Source: an uncultured Bacilli bacterium
GTDB taxonomy: Bacteria > Bacillota_I > Bacilli_A > RF39 > UBA660
Length of the DNA stretch: 60,579 nt
NCBI GenBank assembly: GCA_947631295.1
Contig: CANRKU010000005.1
Span: 1 to 60,579, forward strand
Reading direction: 5' to 3'
Part shown: piece after piece, positions 42,071-52,674 of the stretch
Numbering within the stretch: position 1 is the first letter of the stretch
Layout of the letters: each line of letters starts with the position of its first letter
Made by a program: the position numbers and the translations under genes
Notes under the pieces: generated by a model
The model's database searches: none
What the model saw: the letters and a program-made list of their open reading frames with translations, nothing else
What the model was told of the DNA's origin: nothing

Positions 42071-45000
42071 TTAATTTGATGAAATTAAGGTAATTTTAGC
42101 ATAGCCATTACCTAAATGTTGACCAGATACGGTACCTGCAGAAGATAAAGAACTGCTAATATATCCAGAACCGCCGCCACCGCTATGGCCATCCCATTTA
42201 CACCAAGCAGCACCACCGTACCAGCCACCACCGGCACCACCATTACCCCATTCTTCAGCACTACCACCTTGTCCGAATGATCCATTAAAGTTTCCACCAC
42301 ATGCAGAAACTCCTCCACTAGATTGGCCTCCACCTGTAGGATCTAAATGATTTTCATGTGGTTTAGTACATACATCATTATCAACCTCGTCAACTTCATA
42401 GCAGCTAGCATAATTACCATTTCCACCAGTAGTTCCACCACCAGCTCCACCAGGGCCATGAGGTGAACCACCGCCACCACCACCAGCAACGATTAATACC
42501 TCACCAGAGGTTGATGCATAATTTGCTAAAACACCTCGGTTAGTAGTGGCAATATGGGTTGCTCCACCGCCACCACCAGATGCAGTACCATCTGATTCTT
42601 CAGTAGAACGATGTCCTGGAAAGCCACCGCCGTTATAGCTATATTTTTTAGCTTCTTCCAATAACCAACCATTCCAAGTTCCAGCCCATGTTGCACTAAT
42701 ACCTTGTTGTCCTACAACAACATATAGTCTACTATCACGTGTTAGATTAACTTGTCCATAAGAATAACCACCTAAGCCACCATCTGAACCACCAGAACCA
42801 CCTTGAGCACCATAAACCTCAAGTTGATAAACTCCATTACATGGAACAATAAATTCATCTGCTTGACCTTTATAATTAAATTCCCATATATGACCATTCT
42901 CAAAGCCACATAAACTAATTGTATAATTGTAATTACTATTTCCTGACCAAGTTCCTGCACCATTCTTTGCTCTTGCTCTAATTGTCCATGACCCAGCTTG
43001 ATTTAATTGTATTGTAACACTACTAGATGTATAATTACTACTTCCACTTTGTCTTACTCCATTTAATGTTACTTCATAATCTAGAGCTTGTACTCCACTA
43101 TCTGCATCAGTTCCTGTAATAGTTACACTCAAAGTTTGATTATATGAGCCCGCTGATACATTTGTTGACACACTTGGGCCACTCTTATCTACATATACAT
43201 TTGCTGTTCTAGCTGGACAAGTCCTACTATTTCCTGCATTATCTTTGATAGTATAAGCTGCTATCGTTGTTGTACTTGTAGTAGTATTAAATGTTACGCT
43301 TCCTCCACTATTACCAGTACTACATCCACTTCCATCATCGCTACATCCATAATAAATCGTTCTATTTCCACTTGTCCATGCTGTCGAATCTCCACTGTTT
43401 GTACAATCTGGTTGTTTTTTATCTACTTTTACTGTGATATCACATGCTCCTGCATTTCCTGCTTCATCTATTACTGTTCCGGTTACTGTATAAGTTCCAT
43501 TTGCATTGATATTTTGCTTATCAATAACTTGACTCTTTATATTCGTTCCTGTTCCATCAGTTGTATTAAATCCTATCGTTACATCACTTGTATACCAACC
43601 ATTACTTCCTGAAGTCCCTTTTGTTACTTTTAAACTACAACTTGGCGCTTTGGTATCTATTGTATAATTTCTACTTTCACTTACATTTCTTCCTGATTCA
43701 TCATATGCTGTTGCTGTTACCTCCCATTTTCCATGCGTTAAATTATAACTTTTACTTTTTTCTTTGATATTATTATCATTATTGACTACTGCTCCATTAT
43801 TGGTTGTTTTTATATTCATATAACTATAATACGTATCACTCGCTGTTATTACGATACTTTTATTTGCATTATAAATTCCATTTCCTAAATTATAAGTTAC
43901 CGTTGGATTGGTCTTATCTACATTTACTGTTGTAGAACACTCTGTCTTATTCCCTGCTTCATCTATTACTGTTCCTGTTATCTTCTTATTTTTACTATCA
44001 CTTGTTACTTTTGGTGAATCTATCTTTGATTCTTTGATTCCACTTACTTTATCTTCTTTACTCTTAAATTCTATTGTTGCATCACTTGTATACCATCCAC
44101 TATTTCCATTCGTTCCACTACTTTTTAGTTCACATGTTGGATATTCTTTATCTATTTTTAACTGATATGTATTAGATTCGCTTCTATTTCCACTCTTATC
44201 TACACTTCTTACATAATAATTTTGTACTCCATTATTACTACTTATATGATAATTACTCTCTAACTTAGTATAATTTCTTCCATCTGTACTAATTTCATAA
44301 TAATCAATATCGCTTCCTAGAATTCCATTTTTTCCATAATCTGTTGACTGATATTCTTCATATATATCTCCACTATACCAATTCCCATTATATAAATTCC
44401 CTTTCGCATTATCTTTTCTCAATACTACCTGTGGTATAGTTGGTACTACATCATCTATTACCTCTACTATGATACTTTTCCTTGCTCCTTGATATACATA
44501 GGTAATTTCTACTTCTCCTAATCGATTCGTATCTATCTTCTTTGGATTTCCCTCTACTTTATCACTTACTAAACTCTCTACTCCATTCAATGTATAATAC
44601 GCTTTTGCATATGGTACTTTAAAATCTTCTCCTTGTTTTACTGTATATCGATCTTTCTCTACCTCTAGTCGATAATTCTTACTATCTGCAGTTACATTAT
44701 TATCTTCTGTATAATTACATGCTTCTCCTTCTGTTTCGTAGTTTTCACATATTAAGCAAGTATAATATTCATATTCTTTATTTTCATTCTTTCTAGCAAT
44801 TACTCTTCCGCTACAACTATTCCCATCTTCATCTACTACTTCATCTATATATTTATTAGTAACTAATTCTTCTAATGGAATTACTGTTACATTTTCAACT
44901 TCTTCTGGTAATAATTGCTTATAATCATCCAAGTAATCTCTTCCAGATAACATTACCGTTTTCTCTAAATCACTATAATATTCTTTTGTTCCTCTTATTA

Positions 45001-45100
45001 AATATCCATAAATTCCTGGTATCGCTATCAATAATAAAATTCCTATAATCGTTATTACTGTTATGATTTCTATTAAAGTAAACCCTTTTTTATTTTTCAT
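42071..45100 (-). CDS. Type IV prepilin-like large adhesin, copy 1 (Ig-like stalk plus glycine-rich tip)
   Basis: KKG|FTLIEII class III signal; repeated VDK..P..D.AGN Ig-like units; Y.LEVYGAQGG..GGGGATHI..IVAGGGGG..GNGYAKIT domain. Confidence 0.9.
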   Translation of the reverse strand: MKNKKGFTLIEIITVITIIGILLLIAIPGIYGYLIRGTKEYYSDLEKTVMLSGRDYLDDYKQLLPEEVENVTVIPLEELVTNKYIDEVVDEDGNSCSGRVIARKNENKEYEYYTCLICENYETEGEACNYTEDNNVTADSKNYRLEVEKDRYTVKQGEDFKVPYAKAYYTLNGVESLVSDKVEGNPKKIDTNRLGEVEITYVYQGARKSIIVEVIDDVVPTIPQVVLRKDNAKGNLYNGNWYSGDIYEEYQSTDYGKNGILGSDIDYYEISTDGRNYTKLESNYHISSNNGVQNYYVRSVDKSGNRSESNTYQLKIDKEYPTCELKSSGTNGNSGWYTSDATIEFKSKEDKVSGIKESKIDSPKVTSDSKNKKITGTVIDEAGNKTECSTTVNVDKTNPTVTYNLGNGIYNANKSIVITASDTYYSYMNIKTTNNGAVVNNDNNIKEKSKSYNLTHGKWEVTATAYDESGRNVSESRNYTIDTKAPSCSLKVTKGTSGSNGWYTSDVTIGFNTTDGTGTNIKSQVIDKQNINANGTYTVTGTVIDEAGNAGACDITVKVDKKQPDCTNSGDSTAWTSGNRTIYYGCSDDGSGCSTGNSGGSVTFNTTTSTTTIAAYTIKDNAGNSRTCPARTANVYVDKSGPSVSTNVSAGSYNQTLSVTITGTDADSGVQALDYEVTLNGVRQSGSSNYTSSSVTIQLNQAGSWTIRARAKNGAGTWSGNSNYNYTISLCGFENGHIWEFNYKGQADEFIVPCNGVYQLEVYGAQGGSGGSDGGLGGYSYGQVNLTRDSRLYVVVGQQGISATWAGTWNGWLLEEAKKYSYNGGGFPGHRSTEESDGTASGGGGGATHIATTNRGVLANYASTSGEVLIVAGGGGGGSPHGPGGAGGGTTGGNGNYASCYEVDEVDNDVCTKPHENHLDPTGGGQSSGGVSACGGNFNGSFGQGGSAEEWGNGGAGGGWYGGAAWCKWDGHSGGGGSGYISSSLSSAGTVSGQHLGNGYAKITLISSN

Positions 45101-45431
45101 CCATTATCACACCTATCTTTGATTATCATAAATTTTTTCCTAATATTTTAACTGATAAACTAATGTCTAACCCTATCCTACTATGTACTAAGTATAACAT
45201 ATTACTAAAAAAAATAAAAGAAACATTTTGTCTCTTTTAGCAAAGTGTATACAAATTATAATTTTCAAACCAAAAATTTTCCTAAATAATGTTTAATTCG
45301 ACATTTAATAATTTTTACTAATTTTCCCTTCACTTTTATAATTATCATAGAAATAGAAAAAGTAGACGAAAGTTTTCACTTTGTCTACTTTTATCATATC
45401 ATTTTAAAATTAGCTCTACCCTTAAGTCTAA

Positions 45432-48400
45432 TTAATTTGATGAAATTAAAGTAATTTTTGCATAACCGTTACCAACGTGCGTTGATGTACTAGTTTGAGA
45501 TGTATATAATATACCATTGCATGTTAAACTTGCACTACATCCTCCAATATATCCGGATCCACCGCCGCCAGCACCTTGTTGATTATTTCCACCGCCATAC
45601 CAGCCGCCACCGCCGCCTCCGGCATATGCCTTTGCGCCAGTAGTGCCACTAGCAGGATCTTCGGCTCTACCAAATGGACCCCATCCATGCGTCCAGTCAC
45701 CATCATGTACATATGGATATTGGCGACCACCCCAACCGCCGCCATATCCAACAACAACGTTAGGATCAATATTCTCATTTCCATCTCCACCAACTAGTCC
45801 TCCACCAGAACCACCATGAAGATCAAGAGGTACTCGTAAATCAGGATCATCATTATCACATATTTCTTGAGTACCACCACCGCCACCACCGGCTACAATC
45901 AACACCTCAGAAGTATAGTTTTCATAATTATATAATTCACCACGATTAGGACCCATCGTTATACTAGTACAACCACCACCTGATCCGCCACCAGAAGGCC
46001 CTCCATTTCCTCCGCCATTATATCCTCCTATAGTATAATAGCCTTCTACATCACGACCATCATGATCTTGTCCAATTCCACCAACCCCAATATTTAAGGT
46101 TTGATCTTTATTTAAGTAAACGTATCCTATTGAATAACCACCAGTTCCGCCTGTCCCAATCTTTTCTTTTTTCCAAGTATATAGATTTCCACCAGATGCA
46201 CCATATACTTCTAGTTGATAGTATCCACTACATAGTACTGAAAAAGTTTGTATGCCTCCAGTATAATTAAATTCCCATGAATAACCATTCGGAAAACCAC
46301 ATAAACTAATCGTATAATTGTAATCACTATATCCTGACCAAGTTCCTGCACCATTCTTTGCTCTTGCTCTAATTGTCCATACACCTGCTTGACTTAATGG
46401 TATTGTAACACTACTAGATGTATAATTATTATTTACACTTTGTCTTACTCCATTTAATTTTACTTCATAATCTAGAGCTTGTACTCCACTATCTGCATCA
46501 GCTCCAGTAATAGTTACATTCAAAGCCTCACTATATGTTCCTTGTTCAATATTACTTGATACACTTGGGCCACTCTTATCTACATATACATTTGCTGTTC
46601 TAGCTGGACAAGTCCTACTATTTCCTGCATTATCTTTAATTGTATAAGCTGCTATCGCTGCTGTCCTTGTAGTGGTACTAAATGTTGCACTTCCTCCACT
46701 ATTACCAGCACTACATCCACTTTCATTTGCTCCATCACTGCATCCATAATAAATCGTTCTATTTCCACTTGTCCATGTTGCCGAATCTCCACTGTTTGTA
46801 CAACTTGGACTATTTTTATCTACTTTTACGGTTAAACTACATGTTCCTACATTTCCTGCTTCATCTATTACTGTTCCTTTTACTGTATAAGTTCCATTTG
46901 TAGTAATACTTGGTGTATTAATTACTGAACCTGTACTTACTATATTGGTTCCTGTTCCATCAGTTGTATTAAATCCTATCGTTACATTGCTTTTATACCA
47001 ACTATTGCTTCCTAAAGTCCCACTTGTTACCTTTAAACTACAAGTTGGATTTTGAGTATCTATTTTATAGCTTCTAATTTCACTCACATTTCTTCCTGAT
47101 TCATCATATGCTGTTGCTGTTACCTCCCATGTTCCATGTGTTAAATTATAACTTTTACTTTTTTCTTTGATATTATTATCATTATTGACTACTTGTCCAT
47201 TATTGGTTGTTTTTATATTCATATAACTATAATACGTATCACTTGCTGTTATTACGATATTTTTATTTGCATTATAAATTCCATTTCCTAAATTATAAGT
47301 TACCGTTGGATTGGTCTTATCTACATTTACTGTTGTAGAACACTCTGTCTTATTCCCTGCTTCATCTATTACTGTTCCTGTTATCTTCTTATTTTTACTA
47401 TCACTTGTTACTTTTGGTGAATCTATCTTTGATTCTTTGATTCCACTTACTTTATCTTCTTTACTCTTAAATTCTATTGTTGCATCACTTGTATACCATC
47501 CACTATTTCCATTCGTTCCACTACTTTTTAGTTCACATGTTGGATATTCTTTATCTATTTTTAACTGATATGTATTAGATTCGCTTCTATTTCCACTCTT
47601 ATCTACACTTCTTACATAATAATTTTGTACTCCATTATTACTACTTATATGATAATTACTCTCTAACTTAGTATAATTTCTTCCATCTGTACTAATTTCA
47701 TAATAATCAATATCGCTTCCTAGAATTCCATTTTTTCCATAATCTGTTGACTGATATTCTTCATATATATCTCCACTATACCAATTCCCATTATATAAAT
47801 TCCCTTTCGCATTATCTTTTCTCAATACTACCTGTGGTATAGTTGGTACTACATCATCTATTACCTCTACTATGATACTTTTCCTTGCTCCTTGATATAC
47901 ATAGGTAATTTCTACTTCTCCTAATCGATTCGTATCTATCTTCTTTGGATTTCCCTCTACTTTATCACTTACTAAACTCTCTACTCCATTCAATGTATAA
48001 TACGCTTTTGCATATGGTACTTTAAAATCTTCTCCTTGTTTTACTGTATATCGATCTTTCTCTACCTCTAGTCGATAATTCTTACTATCTGCAGTTACAT
48101 TATTATCTTCTGTATAATTGCATGCTTCTCCTTCTGTTTCGTAGTTTTCACATATTAAACAAGTGTAATATTCATATTTTTTATTTTCTATTCTTTTTGC
48201 TACTACTCTTCCGCTACAACTATTCCCATTTTCATCTACTATTTCATCTATATATTTATTATTAACTAATTCTTCTAATGAAATTACTGTTACATTTTCT
48301 ATCTCCTGTGGCAATAATTGTTTATAATCATCCAAGTAATCTCTTCCAGATAGCATTACTGTTTTCTCTAAATTACTATAATATTCTTTTGTTCCTCTTA

Positions 48401-48503
48401 TTAAATATCCATAAATTCCTGGTATCGCTATCAATAATAAAATTCCTATAATCGTTATTACTGTTATGATTTCTATTAAAGTAAACCCTTTTTTATTTTT
48501 CAT
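45432..48503 (-). CDS. Type IV prepilin-like large adhesin, copy 2
   Basis: Same architecture, offset +3403 from copy 1; different tip sequence. Confidence 0.9.
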   Translation of the reverse strand: MKNKKGFTLIEIITVITIIGILLLIAIPGIYGYLIRGTKEYYSNLEKTVMLSGRDYLDDYKQLLPQEIENVTVISLEELVNNKYIDEIVDENGNSCSGRVVAKRIENKKYEYYTCLICENYETEGEACNYTEDNNVTADSKNYRLEVEKDRYTVKQGEDFKVPYAKAYYTLNGVESLVSDKVEGNPKKIDTNRLGEVEITYVYQGARKSIIVEVIDDVVPTIPQVVLRKDNAKGNLYNGNWYSGDIYEEYQSTDYGKNGILGSDIDYYEISTDGRNYTKLESNYHISSNNGVQNYYVRSVDKSGNRSESNTYQLKIDKEYPTCELKSSGTNGNSGWYTSDATIEFKSKEDKVSGIKESKIDSPKVTSDSKNKKITGTVIDEAGNKTECSTTVNVDKTNPTVTYNLGNGIYNANKNIVITASDTYYSYMNIKTTNNGQVVNNDNNIKEKSKSYNLTHGTWEVTATAYDESGRNVSEIRSYKIDTQNPTCSLKVTSGTLGSNSWYKSNVTIGFNTTDGTGTNIVSTGSVINTPSITTNGTYTVKGTVIDEAGNVGTCSLTVKVDKNSPSCTNSGDSATWTSGNRTIYYGCSDGANESGCSAGNSGGSATFSTTTRTAAIAAYTIKDNAGNSRTCPARTANVYVDKSGPSVSSNIEQGTYSEALNVTITGADADSGVQALDYEVKLNGVRQSVNNNYTSSSVTIPLSQAGVWTIRARAKNGAGTWSGYSDYNYTISLCGFPNGYSWEFNYTGGIQTFSVLCSGYYQLEVYGASGGNLYTWKKEKIGTGGTGGYSIGYVYLNKDQTLNIGVGGIGQDHDGRDVEGYYTIGGYNGGGNGGPSGGGSGGGCTSITMGPNRGELYNYENYTSEVLIVAGGGGGGTQEICDNDDPDLRVPLDLHGGSGGGLVGGDGNENIDPNVVVGYGGGWGGRQYPYVHDGDWTHGWGPFGRAEDPASGTTGAKAYAGGGGGGWYGGGNNQQGAGGGGSGYIGGCSASLTCNGILYTSQTSTSTHVGNGYAKITLISSN

Positions 48504-49129
48504 CCATTACCACACCTATCTTTTATTATCATAATTTTTTTCCTAATTTTTTAATTAACAAACTAACACTTAACCCTATCCTACTATGCACTAAGTATAA
48601 CATACTACTTAAAAATTTAAAAGAAACATTGAATTTGAGTTTCAGTTTTTTACGAAAAAATTGAATACATTTTAATCTTAAATAAAATTTTTAAAATATT
48701 TTTGGCAAATGTCTGATAAAATGCCATTTTCCCCTTCCCCATATCAATATAGAACATTCGAAAATGATCTTTTTCTATGATTAAATTAAACATCTTTTAT
48801 AGCTTCAATACTAATTGCTTATATTTCTCTCTCTTTTCTCTTTTATTAAACTCTTCTAAAATTTCTCTTTCGTATTTTTTGTTTAGTACTATTTTTAGTT
48901 AATTAAATTTTGCTAGATTGTGAAAGTTTTTTCCTTATTTTTGCATCAACAAAATGAAATTGTTTTATCCACAGATTCATTTTTTTTCTTTGTTTTTTAT
49001 TTTCATCAAAACTCAAAAACAATTAGATGTTCCCTTGCTATTATTTTAATTAATTTACATGAAACTTTTAAACATATAAAACCCGTTTCTTCTTCAATAG
49101 CGGGCTTTATATCCATTTGTATTCAGTTA

Positions 49130-52100
49130 TTAATCAATACTAACTAAAGTAATTTTGGCTTTTCCATTTCCATTATTCATTCCTGCTTGACTAAAAGTAT
49201 TATTAGCATTATACCCTGTATTAAAATAATTAGAACCACCCTCAGATCCATAACCAGGATTAGCAGTATAAAATGAAGTTAAAAGTATGCCTGAATTTTT
49301 ACCACCATTATTTACAGCTAAATCTCCTGTAGAAAATTTAAGATATAACTTTACTGCTACTTTATTCAGATACGGAGGAACCGTATAAATAATACTTAAA
49401 TCATAATCATTATGCATTGGAGTAGAATCACCATGATTGGATATACTATATCGACCATTTTCCCTTGCCTGTCTAGCAGTCTCTTTTGCTAAAACATTTC
49501 CGTTAGCATCTACTAATTCGATAGAAGTTTGATCTTCATCTATTGGAGTAAATTCAGGATGACTATCATAAAAATTGGTATCAATATATTTATTAGCAGC
49601 ATCTGCAAATGCAGTAATTTTAATATATGGAGAATTAGAAATCGTAAAGTAACCAGTAAATATAGTCAACCAACCATTAGGACTAATCTGTCTATATCCA
49701 TATAAATTGTTGAAATTTTCTACATAACCATCGTCATCACCGCCACTATAATCTACATAACCACTATCATCTCTAGTAGAATTAATAATCCAATTATTTT
49801 TATTTGTTTTATCAGGATTAATACCATTATCTATTGAATACTTGTAACTTCCATCTTGATTTTGAACTGGCGAATAAAGAATCAGTGGGTCCTTCATAAT
49901 CATAGTGGAACCATTGCTTCCATTTTGATAGCCTCCTCCGCCACCGCCATTTTCTTGTGTCGAAGATTTAGAGGTAGTTGAATTTCCTCCTGGTAATCCA
50001 TCATAATCTGCATTGGCTCCTCCGCCACCAGCTGCAACCAGTAAAATGGAAGATGCACCATTTCTAACAAGTTGTACTACTGTACTTGCACCTCCACCTG
50101 CGCCTTCAGAATTACTATTATTTCCTTGATAGCCATAGCCATTAGTTCCACCAGCAGTTCCATTTCCCATTCCACCTGGATAAATCTGTAAGAGATCATT
50201 TCTAGTAAAGCTATATCTAGAATTTACTGTTCCACCAAATCCACCTATATGTTGTAAAAAGCTTCCCCCTTGGGCACCAGATGCTTCTATTTGATAAACA
50301 CCATTACATGGTATCGAGAAATTTTGGAGTCCACTTCCATAATTAAATTCCCATGTTTGTCCTACAGGAAAACTACATAAATTAATCGTATAAGTATAAC
50401 TAGTATAATTTGACCATATTCCTGCTTGATTTTTAGTTCTTACTTTAATAATCCAAGTTCCTGATTGATTAAGTTGTACTGCTAAGCTATTAGATGTATA
50501 ATTATTATTTCCGTTTTGTTTTATTCCATTTAATGTTAATTCGTAATCCATAATTTCTATTCCACTATCTGGATCTGTTGCGGTTATCGTTACATTCTTA
50601 CTCTCTGTATAGGTCCCCTGTGTTACATTAGTTGATAATGTTGGTCCATTTTTATCCACTTTTACTGTTAAATTACATGCTCCTGCATTTCCGGCTTCAT
50701 CTATTACTGTTCCTTTTACTGTATAAGTTCCATTTGCATTGATATTTGGTGTATTAATAACTTGACTCTTTATATTCGTTCCTGTTCCATCAGTTGTATT
50801 AAATCCTATCGTTACATCACTTGTATACCAACCATTACTTCCTGAAGTCCCTTTTGTTACTTTTAAACTACAACTTGGCGCTTTGGTATCTATTGTATAA
50901 TTTCTACTTTCACTTACATTTCTTCCTGATTCATCATATGCTGTTGCTGTTACCTCCCATTTTCCATGCGTTAAATTATAACTTTTACTTTTTTCTTTGA
51001 TATTATTATCATTATTGACTACTGCTCCATTATTGGTTGTTTTTATATTCATATAACTATAATACGTATCACTCGCTGTTATTACGATACTTTTATTTGC
51101 ATTATAAATTCCATTTCCTAAATTATAAGTTACCGTTGGATTGGTCTTATCTACATTTACTGTTGTAGAACACTCTGTCTTATTCCCTGCTTCATCTATT
51201 ACTGTTCCTGTTATCTTCTTATTTTTACTATCACTTGTTACTTTTGGTGAATCTATCTTTGATTCTTTGATTCCACTTACTTTATCTTCTTTACTCTTAA
51301 ATTCTATTGTTGCATCACTTGTATACCATCCACTATTTCCATTCGTTCCACTACTTTTTAGTTCACATGTTGGATATTCTTTATCTATTTTTAACTGATA
51401 TGTATTAGATTCGCTTCTATTTCCACTCTTATCTACACTTCTTACATAATAATTTTGTACTCCATTATTACTACTTATATGATAATTACTCTCTAACTTA
51501 GTATAATTTCTTCCATCTGTACTAATTTCATAATAATCAATATCGCTTCCTAGAATTCCATTTTTTCCATAATCTGTTGACTGATATTCTTCATATATAT
51601 CTCCACTATACCAATTCCCATTATATAAATTCCCTTTCGCATTATCTTTTCTCAATACTACCTGTGGTATAGTTGGTACTACATCATCTATTACCTCTAC
51701 TATGATACTTTTCCTTGCTCCTTGATATACATAGGTAATTTCTACTTCTCCTAATCGATTCGTATCTATCTTCTTTGGATTTCCCTCTACTTTATCACTT
51801 ACTAAACTCTCTACTCCATTCAATGTATAATACGCTTTTGCATATGGTACTTTAAAATCTTCTCCTTGTTTTACTGTATATCGATCTTTCTCTACCTCTA
51901 GTCGATAATTCTTACTATCTGCAGTTACATTATTATCTTCTGTATAATTACATGCTTCTCCTTCTGTTTCGTAGTTTTCACATATTAAGCAAGTATAATA
52001 TTCATATTCTTTATTTTCATTCTTTCTAGCAATTACTCTTCCGCTACAACTATTCCCATCTTCATCTACTACTTCATCTATATATTTATTAGTAACTAAT

Positions 52101-52333
52101 TCTTCTAATGGAATTACTGTTACATTTTCAACTTCTTCTGGTAATAATTGCTTATAATCATCCAAGTAATCTCTTCCAGATAACATTACCGTTTTCTCTA
52201 AATCACTATAATATTCTTTTGTTCCTCTTATTAAATATCCATAAATTTCTGGTATCGCTATCAATAATAAAATTCCTATAATCGTTATTACTGCAATGAT
52301 TTCTATTAAAGTAAACCCTTTTTTATTTTTCAT
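49130..52333 (-). CDS. Type IV prepilin-like large adhesin, copy 3
   Basis: Offset +7233 from copy 1; lacks the Cys-rich module; tip carries a ~200-aa insertion. Confidence 0.9.
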   Translation of the reverse strand: MKNKKGFTLIEIIAVITIIGILLLIAIPEIYGYLIRGTKEYYSDLEKTVMLSGRDYLDDYKQLLPEEVENVTVIPLEELVTNKYIDEVVDEDGNSCSGRVIARKNENKEYEYYTCLICENYETEGEACNYTEDNNVTADSKNYRLEVEKDRYTVKQGEDFKVPYAKAYYTLNGVESLVSDKVEGNPKKIDTNRLGEVEITYVYQGARKSIIVEVIDDVVPTIPQVVLRKDNAKGNLYNGNWYSGDIYEEYQSTDYGKNGILGSDIDYYEISTDGRNYTKLESNYHISSNNGVQNYYVRSVDKSGNRSESNTYQLKIDKEYPTCELKSSGTNGNSGWYTSDATIEFKSKEDKVSGIKESKIDSPKVTSDSKNKKITGTVIDEAGNKTECSTTVNVDKTNPTVTYNLGNGIYNANKSIVITASDTYYSYMNIKTTNNGAVVNNDNNIKEKSKSYNLTHGKWEVTATAYDESGRNVSESRNYTIDTKAPSCSLKVTKGTSGSNGWYTSDVTIGFNTTDGTGTNIKSQVINTPNINANGTYTVKGTVIDEAGNAGACNLTVKVDKNGPTLSTNVTQGTYTESKNVTITATDPDSGIEIMDYELTLNGIKQNGNNNYTSNSLAVQLNQSGTWIIKVRTKNQAGIWSNYTSYTYTINLCSFPVGQTWEFNYGSGLQNFSIPCNGVYQIEASGAQGGSFLQHIGGFGGTVNSRYSFTRNDLLQIYPGGMGNGTAGGTNGYGYQGNNSNSEGAGGGASTVVQLVRNGASSILLVAAGGGGANADYDGLPGGNSTTSKSSTQENGGGGGGYQNGSNGSTMIMKDPLILYSPVQNQDGSYKYSIDNGINPDKTNKNNWIINSTRDDSGYVDYSGGDDDGYVENFNNLYGYRQISPNGWLTIFTGYFTISNSPYIKITAFADAANKYIDTNFYDSHPEFTPIDEDQTSIELVDANGNVLAKETARQARENGRYSISNHGDSTPMHNDYDLSIIYTVPPYLNKVAVKLYLKFSTGDLAVNNGGKNSGILLTSFYTANPGYGSEGGSNYFNTGYNANNTFSQAGMNNGNGKAKITLVSID

Positions 52334-52353
52334 CTATTACCACACCTATCTTT

Positions 52354-52517
52354 TTTATATACTTAGATACTTTTTTAAAAAATAAATTATCTTTAAAATA
52401 TAAGAAAAACTCTTAATTACACATTAGTATTTTTTTCAATTCTCTAACAATATTATATCTTTTTTTCATTTATTTTCAAGCAAACTTTTCTTCCTATAAA
52501 GTATCTAAGTATATAAA
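52354..52517. promoter_or_regulatory. Candidate invertible promoter: perfect 20-bp IR enclosing a minus-strand TTGAAA-N16-TATAAT
   Basis: TTTATATACTTAGATACTTT (52354..52373) and AAAGTATCTAAGTATATAAA (52498..52517); promoter at 52452..52479. Confidence 0.65.
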
Positions 52518-52614
52518 TTAAAAACGTTCAAGCAGAAAACAATTGTTTATACTAGAAGAATACGATAATTTTCTTAACAATAAAACTTAGAATATCTTTT
52601 TAATTTTAATGTAT

Positions 52615-52656
52615 ATAAAAAAGTACCTAAATAAAATTTATTTAGATACTTTTTTT
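52615..52656 (-). terminator. Intrinsic terminator of the transporter gene
   Basis: aaaaagtacctaaata...tatttagatactttttt. Confidence 0.75.
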
Positions 52657-52674
52657 AATTAATCTTCAATATTC

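Noticed and set aside
48920-49147. 75-aa plus-strand ORF between pilin copies 2 and 3
   Set aside because: Low-complexity AT-rich sequence that crosses the copy 3 terminator; no RBS.
43908-51398. Three identical 85-aa plus-strand ORFs (43908, 47311, 51141)
   Set aside because: Antisense shadows of the identical stalk DNA; useful only as evidence of nucleotide identity.
42071-52333. Shufflon or DGR as the mechanism of tip variation
   Set aside because: All copies are full-length and co-oriented, with no inverted silent tips, no recombinase or reverse transcriptase, and divergence that is not adenine-specific.
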